Below are positions 63,266 to 64,000 of a DNA stretch of 64,000 nt, one piece after another. The translations under genes and the position numbers were made by a program. The stretch covers positions 32,984,001 through 33,048,000 of the forward strand of contig OX597829.1 in the NCBI GenBank assembly GCA_951406725.2, given 5' to 3'. The notes under the pieces are model-generated. The model made no database searches. It saw nothing but the letters and a program-made list of their open reading frames with translations, and was not told the DNA's origin. The stretch is from Octopus vulgaris (taxonomy: Eukaryota). Numbering within the stretch: the stretch's first letter is position 1; each line of letters begins with the position of its first letter.

Positions 63266-64000
63266 TTAATGGCTAGATCAGTGGATCCCAAACGTTCTTT
63301 TTTTTTTTATCACGGAATCCTTCGACATTATTTTTAAAAACGTGGAGCCACTGATAACTTTTTGGGAATCCAAGGGTTTTGCAGAACACACTTTGGGAAT
63401 CCCTGCCCCAGATTAACAGCTTTGCACCATATTATGGACATTTACTGGTAACTGCACATGACATCCTGCAACTTTTTTTTTAAGAGGAAGTGTAAATATT
63501 TATAAGAGCTACGTGGTCTTGTTTATAGGTTTTGTTATTTACTAGGATGTTTGTTTTGATGCATAGAATTGGTAATATTACTATAATTCATTGTGTTTTT
63601 GTTTTTATTCGCTTTGAGATCAGTTGGGTTTCTGCTGCTGATACGGTACTTTGGATTCTAGCTTGAATTTCAGCCCCTCAAAAGTAGCATCTATGTAGTA
63701 GTCGACTCCATAAATTTGACCTTAAAAAGTGGTCTCAAAAATTCGACTTTTACACGAGTATATACGGTGGGCTGGCAATACTAAACAATGTTTTAACGTT
63801 TTACTATTTTAGATGTAGTACGTTTATATATTTGTTATGCAAGATTTTTTATGTGAAGTCGTGTGTTGAAACAGATATTATTATATTTCGGAATGGTCAT
63901 TTTGCCAGTTTAGCCAATAACAGGAGTGTGACGAAAGAACTCTGGCCGAAATAAGATTAAGATTAATGTAAAAAATAAATAACACTGAAGCAAAGTAACA

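Larger units (their letters stand above)
59069..63767. mobile_element. Tc1/mariner-pogo (Tc2-like) non-autonomous element, expanded by nested insertions
   Basis: TA|ctgtatatactcgaataatagtcga ... tcgacttttacacgagtatatacgg. Confidence 0.65.

Overview
AT-rich, microsatellite-dense animal DNA made up almost entirely of nested transposable elements. The SINE, RTE and Tx1 repertoire suggests an octopus or other coleoid cephalopod (inference). Main elements: a near-intact RTE LINE (89-5326) with 340-bp 5' monomers and a PHD-type finger inserted in its RT; a Tx1/L1-clade LINE (5.4-11.0 kb); an ORF1-only HAL1-like derivative (13.2-14.8 kb); Penelope-like remnants; a CsRn1-type Gypsy with a tRNA-Trp PBS; several BovB-like RTE copies; tRNA-derived SINEs with TSDs; and Helitron, Merlin, Tc1, hAT and piggyBac-type non-autonomous elements. 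The most notable signal is at least eight hammerhead-ribozyme-like motifs at seven loci, read by eye. Three of these loci are short ORF-less foldbacks, suggesting a Penelope-driven, retrozyme-like non-autonomous system. Also seen: a shared 3' tail between the HAL1-like element and a SINE, a long-TIR element carrying a CpG-rich promoter and exon-like cargo, and two in-frame candidate microexons of an unidentified minus-strand host gene. All calls are from manual reading with no database searches, and boundaries of degraded elements are approximate.
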